A DNA stretch of 38,094 nucleotides, from NCBI GenBank assembly GCA_033762295.1, contig JANRLW010000079.1, positions 1 through 38,094 of the forward strand, written 5' to 3'. Positions 8,128 to 17,840 of this stretch are shown piece by piece; positions within the stretch are counted from its first letter, which is position 1; each line of letters begins with the position of its first letter. The DNA comes from Capsulimonadales bacterium (GTDB lineage: Bacteria; Armatimonadota; Armatimonadia; Armatimonadales; Armatimonadaceae). The translations under genes and the position numbers were made by a program. The notes below the pieces were generated by a model. The model made no database searches, was not told the DNA's origin, and saw only the letters and a program-made list of their open reading frames with translations.

Positions 8128-8292
8128 GGCCCCTGTGCGCGCGCGGCGAGAGTTCGCCCGGTGTGCGACGGATTCGACAGGTGCCTTACCATGCCGGGGG
8201 GCGCGTCCTGTTCGAACGTTCGTCGAGGAATCCGCTGCCCGCGCGGAAGGGAACGGGCTGACGCTCCCGCCCCTTCGAGAGTTGAAATCGTA

Positions 8293-11103
8293 ATGGACTT
8301 TTCGCAAACGCTCAATCTGCCGAAGACCGATTTTCCGATGAAGGCCGACCTCCCGACACGTGAACCCCTCTGGCAGGCGTTCTGGGAGGAGAATGCCATC
8401 TATCGGAAATCGCTGGAGAAGGAAGCCCCGCGCGGCTCCTTCGTTCTGCATGACGGACCGCCGTACTCCAACGGCAATATCCACCTCGGACACTCGCTCA
8501 ACAAAATCCTGAAGGACTTCATCACCCGGCACCGGACGATGCAGGGGTACCGCTCGCCGTATGTTCCCGGCTGGGATAACCATGGCCTGCCGATCGAAGT
8601 CCAGGTCATGAAGGAGTTCCGGGAAAAGAAGCAGACCTGGACCCCGGAGACGCTCCGGAAACGGTGCCGCTCGTTCGCCGCCGAATGGGTGGAGGTGCAG
8701 AAACGACAGTTTATGCGCCTCGGAGTGCGCGGCGACTGGGAACACCCCTACCTGACGATGTCCCCGGCGTTCGAAGCGAAAATCGTCGAGGTCTTTGCCC
8801 AACTCGCGAAACGCGGCTATGTCTATCGTGGCCTGAAGCCGGTGCTCTGGGACAGCGCGAACGAAACCGCCCTCGCCAATACGGAGGCCGAGTACAGGGA
8901 TCATACCTCGCCGTCGATCTACGTCACGTTCCCCCTGGTCGAGGACGCGCAGAACGTTTTCGAGGGACTGGATCGGTCGAAACTCTCGGCGGTGATCTGG
9001 ACCACGACCCCCTGGACCATCCCGGCCAACATGGCCCTCGCCTTCCATCCCGACTTCGACTACACCGTCGCGCGGACGGAGAGCGGTGACCTGCTGCTGG
9101 TCGCCGAGGACCTTCGCGAAGCCGTGGCCCGCGAGACCGAACTGGGAACCCTCACCCCGGTGAGAACGATCAAGGGCGCGCAGGTGGAAGGCTCCCGCTT
9201 CCGTCATCCGTTGCCCGAGATGAGCCGGGATTCGCTCGCCGTCCTGGCTTCGGACTACATCACCACCGATACCGGTACGGGTATCGTTCATACCGCGCCC
9301 GGCCATGGCGCGGACGACTACTTCACCGGACGACGCTACCACCTGCCGGTGCTCTGCGTGGTCGATGGCCGCGGACGTTACACCGAGGATGCCGGACCGT
9401 TCGTCGGATGGACGACGGAGGAGGCCAATACCCGCATCCCCGAACGGCTGAAGGAGGAGGGACGTCTGCTGGCCCATAAGCAATACGTCCACTCGTACCC
9501 CCATTCGCCGCGCGCGCCGTATCGTCCGCTGCTGTTCCGGGCCACCGTACAGTGGTTCGTCTCGGTCGAGCATGACAATCTGAAGGCCCGCGCCCTGGAG
9601 GAGATCGGCAAGGTCGAGTGGTTCCCGGCGGTATCCGAGAACCGCATCCGCGCCGCCATCGCCGGACGACCGGACTGGACCGTCTCACGTCAACGCTACT
9701 GGGGCGTCGGTATCCCCGTCTTTTACGCCAACGGCGAACCGGTGATGACGGAGGAATCGCTGGCGGCGGTCGTCCGTCTCGTGCGCGAAAAGGGCACCGA
9801 TGCCTGGTACGAGGTTCCGCCCGAGGAGATCCTGCCGCCCGGATTCACCTTTAACGGCGTTGCGGCAAAGGATTTCGTCAAGGAGACCGACGTTCTGGAC
9901 GTCTGGTTCGACTCCGGCACGACCAGCATGGCGGTCCTGGATTCCGGCCTCTGGGAGGGGCTGTCCTATCCGGCCGAGGTCTATCTGGAAGGATCGGACC
10001 AGCATCGGGGCTGGTTCAACTCCTCGCTGATGCTTGGCACCGCCATCAAGGGTAGCGCGCCGTTCCGGCAGGTCGTCACCAACGGGTTTACGGTGGATGA
10101 ACGCGGGATCAAGATGAGCAAGTCCAAGGGGAATTCGGTCGATCCTCTGGGCGTCATCGAACAGTTCGGCGCGGATGTTCTGCGCCTGTGGGTGGCCTCG
10201 ACCCAGTATCAGGAGGATACCCGTCTGGGCGAGAACATCCTGAAGCAGCAGACCGATAACTATCGCCAGCTGCGCAATACGTTCCGCTTTCTGCTCGGGA
10301 GCCTGTTCGATTTCGATCCGGCAGGGGATGCCGTCCCGGTGTCCGAGATGGATCTCCTCGACCGGTACGCGCTGTCCCGCCTGCAAAAACTGGTCGCCGC
10401 CTGTACGACGGCGTTCGAACGGTACGACTTCCAGGAGGCGTCCCAGGCGATCCTGCTCTTCTGCGGCACGGAACTGTCGGCGTTCTATCTGGATGTCCTG
10501 AAGGACCGGCTCTACACGTTGCTGCCGGAGGATCCGAAACGCCGGTCGTCCCAGACCGCTCTGTATGAGATCGCGTCCGTGCTGGCGCGGCTCCTCGCCC
10601 CGGTGCTGGTGCATACGGCGGAGGAGGTGTGGCAGCATCTTCCGGGTCGGTCGCCGCTGTCCGTGCATCTCGCGGACTGGCCGGAGGTGCGAACGGAGTA
10701 TGCGGACGACGCTCTGGAGGCGCGGTTCGCCGAACTGCTCGCCGTACGCAGTGAGTTCGACCGCCAGATGCAACCGCTCAAGGACGCCCGGACTTTGACC
10801 AAGTCGGCGGCGGCGTTCGTGACCGTGATCGCGGGCGGAGAGCGGCTGGCGCGGCTGGGTGCGATGGAGGAAACGCTGCGGGAGGCGTTGATCGTACCGA
10901 AACTGGCGCTGGTCGAAGGGCCGGCGGCGGACGCCGACGGGTTTTCACTGACGATCGAACCTGCCCCCGGCGAAAAGTGCGAGCGAAGCTGGTTTGTGCG
11001 CGAGGATGTGGGCGCCGATCCGGAGTTTCCGACGCTTTCGCTGCCGCAGGCGGCGATCGTGCGGGAACTGCTTCGCCGTGCCGACGGAAAGGCGGGTTCG
11101 TGA
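8293..11103 (+). CDS. ileS: Isoleucine--tRNA ligase (bacterial type 1)
   Basis: TLNLPKTDFPMKA N-terminus, HDGPPY, HIGH motif (HLGH), GWDNHGLPIE, WTTTPWT, GTGIVHTAPGHG, EGSDQHRGWF, KMSKS. Confidence 0.98.
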   Translation: MDFSQTLNLPKTDFPMKADLPTREPLWQAFWEENAIYRKSLEKEAPRGSFVLHDGPPYSNGNIHLGHSLNKILKDFITRHRTMQGYRSPYVPGWDNHGLPIEVQVMKEFREKKQTWTPETLRKRCRSFAAEWVEVQKRQFMRLGVRGDWEHPYLTMSPAFEAKIVEVFAQLAKRGYVYRGLKPVLWDSANETALANTEAEYRDHTSPSIYVTFPLVEDAQNVFEGLDRSKLSAVIWTTTPWTIPANMALAFHPDFDYTVARTESGDLLLVAEDLREAVARETELGTLTPVRTIKGAQVEGSRFRHPLPEMSRDSLAVLASDYITTDTGTGIVHTAPGHGADDYFTGRRYHLPVLCVVDGRGRYTEDAGPFVGWTTEEANTRIPERLKEEGRLLAHKQYVHSYPHSPRAPYRPLLFRATVQWFVSVEHDNLKARALEEIGKVEWFPAVSENRIRAAIAGRPDWTVSRQRYWGVGIPVFYANGEPVMTEESLAAVVRLVREKGTDAWYEVPPEEILPPGFTFNGVAAKDFVKETDVLDVWFDSGTTSMAVLDSGLWEGLSYPAEVYLEGSDQHRGWFNSSLMLGTAIKGSAPFRQVVTNGFTVDERGIKMSKSKGNSVDPLGVIEQFGADVLRLWVASTQYQEDTRLGENILKQQTDNYRQLRNTFRFLLGSLFDFDPAGDAVPVSEMDLLDRYALSRLQKLVAACTTAFERYDFQEASQAILLFCGTELSAFYLDVLKDRLYTLLPEDPKRRSSQTALYEIASVLARLLAPVLVHTAEEVWQHLPGRSPLSVHLADWPEVRTEYADDALEARFAELLAVRSEFDRQMQPLKDARTLTKSAAAFVTVIAGGERLARLGAMEETLREALIVPKLALVEGPAADADGFSLTIEPAPGEKCERSWFVREDVGADPEFPTLSLPQAAIVRELLRRADGKAGS

Positions 11104-11606
11104 AGTTATCGACCCTCGGGTTTTATGTCATCGCGATCGGGATCGTCGCTCTGGATCAGGCGGTAAAGGCCTGGACGCGGGCGACGCTTCCGGTGGGCGG
11201 AACGATCCCACTCTGGAAGGACGTATTCGAGCTGTCCCATGCCCAGAACCAGGGGATGGCCTTTTCGTTGCTGGAAGGGCAGCGGTGGCCGCTTGCGGGG
11301 GCGGCGATCCTGGTGGCCGGGGTGATTATCGTCGCCCAGCGCCGAATGGCCGACCGGACACCGCTCCTCCTGGGATTGGCGCTGGCCATGCCGCTGGGCG
11401 GGGCGGTCGGTAACCTGATCGATCGGCTCCGGTTCGGTTTTGTCACCGATCTGTTCTATTTCAAATTGATTAACTTTCCGGTCTTCAATGTGGCGGACGC
11501 CGCCATCACGGTCGGGATGGCGCTGCTGTTCTGGCATACCCTGACGGTACGGGAACCGGAACCCGCCGCCGTCGTTCCGCCGCTCCCGTCGAACGAACCG
11601 TCCTGA
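11100..11606 (+). CDS. lspA: Lipoprotein signal peptidase II
   Basis: GTG overlaps the ileS stop. DQAVK, N.GMAFS, GGAVGNLIDR and FPVFNVAD motifs; classic ileS-lspA order. Confidence 0.96.
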   Translation: MKLSTLGFYVIAIGIVALDQAVKAWTRATLPVGGTIPLWKDVFELSHAQNQGMAFSLLEGQRWPLAGAAILVAGVIIVAQRRMADRTPLLLGLALAMPLGGAVGNLIDRLRFGFVTDLFYFKLINFPVFNVADAAITVGMALLFWHTLTVREPEPAAVVPPLPSNEPS

Positions 11607-11635
11607 CCGCTTCCGAGATTTTGAGGGATACCAAC

Positions 11636-12409
11636 GTGCTGCCTGTCCTGTTTCATATTGGCAACTTTCCGGTACGCTCCTGGGGCCTGCTGCTGATGGT
11701 GGGCTTTCTGGCGGGGACCTGGTGGGCGGCGCGCAACGCCCGGCGTTACGGAATCGCGCCCGAGGACGTCTGGGATATCTCGCTGGTCGGTCTGTTCGGC
11801 GGCGTGGTCGGGGCGCGGCTCTTCTGGGTGGCACAGAACCTTCCCTATATCGCCCGGCACCCGCAGGAGATCGCGGCCGTCTGGACCGGGGGAATGACGT
11901 TTTACGGGGGGCTTTTCGGCGGGATTCTGGCAGGGATGCTTATGTGCCGCCGCAAAAAGGTAAACATGGCGGATATGGCCGACCTGGCGGGTCTGGCCTT
12001 CCCGATCGGTTATTTCTTTGGGCGGATCGGCTGTTTTCTCAATGGCTGCTGTTACGGCGGAGAGTGCGATTTGCCCTGGGGCACCCGGTTTCACCTGCCG
12101 AACGGAACGATGACGCCGCCGTCCCATCCGGCCCAGCTGTATGCCGCCGTGGCGGCGGTGATCATGTTCCTTGTACTGCGGACGATCGAGCGTCGGCGGG
12201 CGTTTCCCGGTCAGGTCATACTGAGCTTTGTCGGCCTGTATGCGATTTATCGGTTCTTCATCGAGTTCGTCCGCGAAGGCGCGACGGCGGACCTGGCGGG
12301 TATCGCTCACCTGACGGTCGGGCAGGTCTTCAGCCTCGGGGTGGCCGTGGCGGTCGCCGTCTGGTACGTCCTGGCCGCCCGGCGTCCGGTCCGATCGACG
12401 ACTCGATGA
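11636..12409 (+). CDS. lgt: Prolipoprotein diacylglyceryl transferase
   Basis: GARL, WTGGMTFYGG, GRIGCFLNGCCYG, HPAQLY and RFFIEFVR motifs. GTG at 11636 follows GAGGGA. Confidence 0.95.
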   Translation: MLPVLFHIGNFPVRSWGLLLMVGFLAGTWWAARNARRYGIAPEDVWDISLVGLFGGVVGARLFWVAQNLPYIARHPQEIAAVWTGGMTFYGGLFGGILAGMLMCRRKKVNMADMADLAGLAFPIGYFFGRIGCFLNGCCYGGECDLPWGTRFHLPNGTMTPPSHPAQLYAAVAAVIMFLVLRTIERRRAFPGQVILSFVGLYAIYRFFIEFVREGATADLAGIAHLTVGQVFSLGVAVAVAVWYVLAARRPVRSTTR

Positions 12410-12518
12410 AACGACGGGAACCAAACGACTAGCTAATCTATTACGGGTAGGAGAAGATTGTCACGGCGATCGTAACTCAGTCAAAGGTGCGGGCGATTCG
12501 GTAACGGTTACTGTTTTT

Positions 12519-13523
12519 ATGGCTACGGGGATCGAATATGCATTTATCGTGAGCGGGGGGGACATCGGCAAGCGACTCGATGTGTATCTGGCCGCCCGAC
12601 TTCCGGATATCTCGCGGTCGCAGTTGCAGCGCGTGATCGATTCCGGTACGGTTCAGGTAAACGGCGAGAACGCCAAGGCTTCCCGTAAGATGGAGGCCGG
12701 CGACCTGGTGCTGGTGACCTTGCTGCCGCCCCGGCCCTCCCATGTACAGCCACAGCCGATCGATCTGAACATCGTCTATGAAGACCGGGATGTGATCGTC
12801 ATCAATAAGGACAAGGGCATGGTCGTTCATCCCGCGCCGGGGGCGGAGGACGGAACGCTCGTCAATGCTCTGCTGGCGCACAGCAACGAATTGTCCGGGA
12901 TCGGCGGTATCGCCCGGCCGGGGATCGTGCATCGGCTGGACAAGGACACCACCGGCCTGATGATGGTCGCCAAGAACGATGTCGCCCATAACGGGCTGCA
13001 AAAGCAGATTCAGTCGCATTCGGCGAAACGGAAATATCTCGCGATCGTCTGGGGACGACCGCCGTTCGATGAGGCGATCATCGATGTGCCGATCATGCGC
13101 CACCCGATCGACCGGAAGAAGATGACGGTCTGCGAATCCTCCCGGCAGGGGGACGCTCGCGACGCCATTACCGAGGTCCGGGTCAAGGAGCGCTTTCCGC
13201 TGTTCTCCCTGTTCGAATGCACTCTGCAGACGGGACGGACGCATCAGATTCGAGTGCACTGTACCTACGCCGGTTATCCGGTGGTCGGCGACCCGACGTA
13301 CGGCGGCCTGAAAAAGGTAACTCCGGACCAACTGCGGGGCATGTACCCGTCCCGCATCAACGAGCGGATCAACCTGATGCAGGGGCAGTGTCTGCATGCC
13401 TATTCGCTGACCTTCGAGCACCCGACGACCGGGCAATCGATGGAGTTTTTCGCCCCGCTTCCCGAGGAGATGACCGAGTTTCTGGACCTTCTGCGTTCGA
13501 TTCCGGCGGAGGCGATCCGCTAG
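12519..13523 (+). CDS. RluA-family (RluD-like) pseudouridine synthase
   Basis: N-terminal S4 domain (RLDVYLA...SRSQLQ), GIVHRLDKDTTG catalytic motif, TGRTHQIRVH. Confidence 0.95.
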   Translation: MATGIEYAFIVSGGDIGKRLDVYLAARLPDISRSQLQRVIDSGTVQVNGENAKASRKMEAGDLVLVTLLPPRPSHVQPQPIDLNIVYEDRDVIVINKDKGMVVHPAPGAEDGTLVNALLAHSNELSGIGGIARPGIVHRLDKDTTGLMMVAKNDVAHNGLQKQIQSHSAKRKYLAIVWGRPPFDEAIIDVPIMRHPIDRKKMTVCESSRQGDARDAITEVRVKERFPLFSLFECTLQTGRTHQIRVHCTYAGYPVVGDPTYGGLKKVTPDQLRGMYPSRINERINLMQGQCLHAYSLTFEHPTTGQSMEFFAPLPEEMTEFLDLLRSIPAEAIR

Positions 13524-13531
13524 GCCGCCCG

Positions 13532-13747
13532 ATGCCGGAGGAATCGACGCCGGGCGAGGAGCGGCCACTGACGGTCGGCGATGTCGCTATTCTGCGTAAG
13601 GCGCACCCGTGCGGCGGTCGCGACTGGAAGATCCTCCGGGTAGGCGCGGATATCGGGCTGGAATGCCGGGTCTGCGGCCGGAAGATTCTGATTCCTCGCG
13701 CGGAGTTCGAACGGCGGTGCGTCACCGTTCGCCCGGAGACACCCTGA
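13532..13747 (+). CDS. DUF951-family small protein
   Basis: VGD...LRKAHPCGG..WKILRVGADI.LEC..CGR pattern. Confidence 0.85.
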   Translation: MPEESTPGEERPLTVGDVAILRKAHPCGGRDWKILRVGADIGLECRVCGRKILIPRAEFERRCVTVRPETP

Positions 13748-13800
13748 CCCCCGAACGGACGTCCCGTGCCCCGTCATCAGGAACGGACGGACCGCCGCTT

Positions 13801-15531
13801 CTACCGTTTCGGAAACACGATGGCCGCGACCGTCTGTTCCCCTTCGCGTATAAGCGAGAACTCACCGTTAAGATCGCCGCGTGTCAACGATTCGATAATC
13901 TGCAGGCCGAGGTCCCGGTCCTTGACCGGATCGAACCCTTCCTTGAGCGGGTCACCGGTATTCCGGACCTCCAGCAGCCATTTCGTCGGCAGTTCGGTCA
14001 GTCGGACGGCGATCTCTCCGTCGTTGACGGTTTTGAACCCGTGTTCGACGGCGTTCTGAACCATTTCGTTCAGAACGAGCGCCACCGAGTTCGCCTGATG
14101 CGAGGAGAGGAGGAGGTCCGGCCCTTCCACCTGCATCCGTATCCGTTTGTTCGGAAGGGTCAGGCTCTGCTGGGTCGCCGTGATGATCGAATCCGCGATT
14201 TTCCGTACGGAAATGGTGTCCAGGTCCTCGCGGGAGAGGAGGTCATGTACGGAGGCGACGGCAAGCACGCGATTGATGCTCTCATTCAATACCTGCACCG
14301 GCGACTGATCCCCGGCGTAATGCGCCTGGAGGCGAAGCAGGGAGGCGATCGTTTGCAGGTTGTTTTTCACCCGGTGGTGCATCTCCTGCAGGAGCGCGCC
14401 CTTGACCATCAGCTTGGCGTTCTCGATGGCGACGGCGACCTGATTGCCCAGAGTGGTCAGCACCGCGATCTCATCCTCGGTGAAGTCGTGCTGCTTTTCG
14501 GTATAGCAGTTCAGGACGCCGATAATCTTCTCGCGTACTTTGAGCGGGACGCAGGCGAGACTGGTCAGCCCTTCCTGACGGGCCATGTCCGTGAAACGGT
14601 AGCCGGGGGCACGGGTGACATCCAGCACCGTGACGACCCGACCCTTTTCCATGGCCTGTCCGGCGATGCCCTCTCCGAGCGGCAGGTTCGGTTTCTTGGC
14701 ATACTCGCGCGAGTTGGTCTGCACCGATTTGAGCACCAGTTCGCGTTTGTCCTCGTCCACCAGGAAGAGGGCGACGACTTTGAAGCTCATCGTCTGCGCG
14801 GTGGCGGCGACGGCCAGCTGCAGAATCTCCTCCAGATACAGATTGGAGGTGATGGTCCGGGAGACCTCGGCGACGGTCGAAAGATGGAGGGCGCGTTTCT
14901 CGACGGAACGATACCGTCGTGACGCCGTGATCGCCCCCGCCACCTGTGAGGCGATCGAGGACAGAAGCTGAACCTGGGTCATGGAGTAGTCATGCGGCGC
15001 GCGCGTCCGCACATTGACGACGCCGATGCAGTCGCCTCGCCAGATCAGCGGCACCGAGAGCATGCTCTGGAAATGCTCTTCGTTCAACTCGGCGATGTAC
15101 TTGAACCGTTCGTCGTTCCAGGCTTCGGCGGCGACGGCGACGTGCTTCTTTTCACGGGCGACCCAGCCGGTGATTCCCTCACCGACCTTCAGTTTGATCT
15201 TGCCCAGAACATCATGGGTGTCCGCATCGGTGGTCGCTCGCAGGATCAGGGTGTCGCGTTCCTCGTTGAACAGGTAGACCTGTGCGGATTCGGTACTGGT
15301 GATCTGGGTGGCGACTTCGGCGATCACCGGGATGATTTCGTCGGTATTCACGACATGGCCGACCGCCTCACCGATACGTCGCAGTGCGGACGCTTCGGCG
15401 GCGCGGGAATCGAGCGCGGTTTCCAGCTGGCGGATGCGGTTGCGGGCATCGGCCAGCTCCTGCTCACGCTTTTCCAGAAGGCGTGCCAGTTCATGTTCGG
15501 ATTTGCCGAGGGTAGTAAAGGGCAGGCGCAT
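13801..15531 (-). CDS. Two-GAF sensor histidine kinase, HisKA_2 (PdtaS/EutW-like) family; no cognate regulator in the window
   Basis: Two GAF repeats (GEGITGWVA / GEGIAGQAM), H-box EMHHRVKNNLQ, N-box LNEMVQNAVEHG, LGLQII. Confidence 0.9.
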   Translation of the reverse strand: MRLPFTTLGKSEHELARLLEKREQELADARNRIRQLETALDSRAAEASALRRIGEAVGHVVNTDEIIPVIAEVATQITSTESAQVYLFNEERDTLILRATTDADTHDVLGKIKLKVGEGITGWVAREKKHVAVAAEAWNDERFKYIAELNEEHFQSMLSVPLIWRGDCIGVVNVRTRAPHDYSMTQVQLLSSIASQVAGAITASRRYRSVEKRALHLSTVAEVSRTITSNLYLEEILQLAVAATAQTMSFKVVALFLVDEDKRELVLKSVQTNSREYAKKPNLPLGEGIAGQAMEKGRVVTVLDVTRAPGYRFTDMARQEGLTSLACVPLKVREKIIGVLNCYTEKQHDFTEDEIAVLTTLGNQVAVAIENAKLMVKGALLQEMHHRVKNNLQTIASLLRLQAHYAGDQSPVQVLNESINRVLAVASVHDLLSREDLDTISVRKIADSIITATQQSLTLPNKRIRMQVEGPDLLLSSHQANSVALVLNEMVQNAVEHGFKTVNDGEIAVRLTELPTKWLLEVRNTGDPLKEGFDPVKDRDLGLQIIESLTRGDLNGEFSLIREGEQTVAAIVFPKR

Positions 15532-15616
15532 TGGATCTATTGTACCGTACGGGGCCGTCGCCCGGCTTTTCCGCTCCGGAACCGCCATCGGAAATCGAAC
15601 AGGGGTACAATACCCC

Positions 15617-17581
15617 ATGGACGAGACAGAAAAGGAACTGATTCGGGATCGTACCGATATCGTGGAACTGATCGCCGGGTACACGACCCTGAAACCGTCC
15701 GGGAACCGCTTCAAGGGTCTCTGTCCCTTCCACCAGGAGAAGACCCCCTCCTTTACCGTCGATCCGGAACGTCGGCGTTACCACTGTTTCGGCTGCCAGG
15801 CGAGCGGCGATGTCTTTACCTTTCTGGAGAAGATCGAGAACCTCACCTTCCCGGAAGCGGCGGAACGTCTGGCGATGCGTGCCGGAATCACGCTCAGCCG
15901 GCGCGGAACGAACCCGGAGGAGGCGCGTCGTCAGCAGAGCGAGCGGGACCGGCTGTTTGCCGCCAATGCCGCCGCCCTGCGCTTCTTCCGTCAGGCGTAT
16001 CGGCGAGCGACCCTTGCCCAGGAGTACGCCGCGAAACGCGGTCTGGTGCAGGAGACGATGGAGGATTTCGGCATCGGTTATGCCCCGGATGACTGGAGTC
16101 AACTCGCCCATTTCCTGATCGAACGGGAGAAGGTCCACCCAGAAGATGCCATTCGTGCCGGGCTGATCACCGCCTCGCGCGTCCGCGACGGGGAGTTTAC
16201 CGACCGGTTCCGTGGACGCTTCCTGTTTCCGATCGTCGACGTGCAGGAGCGGGTCATCGGGTTCGGCGGTCGCCTGATCGTCGACAAGGCAGATGCCCCG
16301 AAGTATCTTAACTCGCCGGAAACCCCGATCTTTTCCAAGAGCCGGACGCTGTACGCGCTGAACCGGGCACGAAAGGCGATACAGGAGCAGGATATCGCGG
16401 TGATTGTCGAAGGATACATGGATGTGGTCGCTTCGCATCAGGCCGGTATCCGTTGCGTGGTTGCCACTCTCGGGACATCGATGACCGCCGATCATGTCTC
16501 GCTCCTGCGCCGCTATACGAAGAATGTGGTGCTGTCGTTCGACGCCGACAATGCCGGGGTGAAAGCGGCTCTGAAAGCGGCGGAACTGATTACCGCGGCG
16601 GGCGAGGATATGACGCTGAAGGTGTTGTCGCTGCCGCCGGGGGAGGACCCCGATTCAATGATCCGGAAAGGGGATGCCGCCGGGTTCCGCAAGGCGATCG
16701 ACAACGCGATGACGGTCCCCGAATTTCAACTGGGAATGCTCAAACGGCAGTCCCGTCTGGAAGATCCCTACGGCTGCGAACTGTTCCTGCGCGAAGCTGC
16801 GAAAATTATCGCCCCGCTGCCCAATTCGCTGACGATCAACATGCTGACCAAACGGATCGCTTCGACGCGCGAGGTTCTCCGGTTTCTCCCGGAGAGTCAG
16901 GCCGAAGCGGTGTTGCGGCAGGAGGTTGCGCGCCAGGTCGGAGAGCGGGGCTACCGGCCCACCGACTTCACCGAACCGTCGTCGAACCCATCGCGCTCCT
17001 CCGAGCGTTTCGCCGATCGGAACGGGAAACGGCCCTTCCGACAGCCGTCGTCACGAGCCGGCTGGCGCGAACGTCCACCGGAACCCCCGCCCGTGCCGTT
17101 TGTGCCCCAGGTGGCGGAAGAGGCGGAGCGCACCTTGATCCGTGCCATCATGGCGGAGGAGTTCCTTCCCGAGGTTCGGAAGCGTTTTCCGGCGACGAAG
17201 GGCGCGTTGCTGTTCGTCAATCCTCTGACCGAGCGGTTTCTGGAGATCGTCGAGCCGGCGCTCCGGGGAGAGGGCGACCCGCAGGACCGACTGATCCGGC
17301 ACGACGATCCCGATTTGAATGCCTATGTCGACGCCGTCCTCTTCTCGCCGGTATGGTCGGACGCCCGTGCCCGGTTGGAATTGAGCCAGGAGATGATCGG
17401 AGACGCGATTCTGGAACTGCGGAAACGGCGGATCAACGCCGATGCCGATCTGCAGGCGGAGGTGCTGGCGCGGGTCGCGGCACGCGGAGGAACCTTCACC
17501 CCGGAGGATGATGAGATTCTCCGGCAGATCACACTCCGGAAAAGCGCGTTGCGAAACGGTCGTCAACCGGCGAACGATTAG
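15617..17581 (+). CDS. dnaG: DNA primase
   Basis: CHC2 zinc finger (CPFHQEKTPSF...CFGC), PKYLNSPET, TOPRIM VEGYMDV and FDAD, DPD. Confidence 0.97.
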   Translation: MDETEKELIRDRTDIVELIAGYTTLKPSGNRFKGLCPFHQEKTPSFTVDPERRRYHCFGCQASGDVFTFLEKIENLTFPEAAERLAMRAGITLSRRGTNPEEARRQQSERDRLFAANAAALRFFRQAYRRATLAQEYAAKRGLVQETMEDFGIGYAPDDWSQLAHFLIEREKVHPEDAIRAGLITASRVRDGEFTDRFRGRFLFPIVDVQERVIGFGGRLIVDKADAPKYLNSPETPIFSKSRTLYALNRARKAIQEQDIAVIVEGYMDVVASHQAGIRCVVATLGTSMTADHVSLLRRYTKNVVLSFDADNAGVKAALKAAELITAAGEDMTLKVLSLPPGEDPDSMIRKGDAAGFRKAIDNAMTVPEFQLGMLKRQSRLEDPYGCELFLREAAKIIAPLPNSLTINMLTKRIASTREVLRFLPESQAEAVLRQEVARQVGERGYRPTDFTEPSSNPSRSSERFADRNGKRPFRQPSSRAGWRERPPEPPPVPFVPQVAEEAERTLIRAIMAEEFLPEVRKRFPATKGALLFVNPLTERFLEIVEPALRGEGDPQDRLIRHDDPDLNAYVDAVLFSPVWSDARARLELSQEMIGDAILELRKRRINADADLQAEVLARVAARGGTFTPEDDEILRQITLRKSALRNGRQPAND

Positions 17582-17840
17582 CGCAAAAAACAGGGAAATC
17601 GGCGCAAAACGCGTGTATTCGCCTGAAAATCACCCGAAAAGAAGGAAGTTCCCCGTCTCACGCAGAAAAACAGGCCAGTATATGCTGCGGCGAAAGGCGC
17701 TTCGTCCGTCTGGAAGCGCGTCGGAGTTCGGGTGATTTTCTCGTGTCCGGAAAGGACGGTTCGCCACCGAACGTCCCTGCGGCGTCGGCATCCGTTCCCG
17801 ACCGACCGGGACGCCGTATTTGAATAAAGGTGGGGACAGC

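Noticed and set aside
8012..8292. T-box riboswitch upstream of ileS
   Set aside because: No GGTGGNACC T-box antiterminator bulge and no U-tract terminator found by eye; a leader peptide explains the region better.
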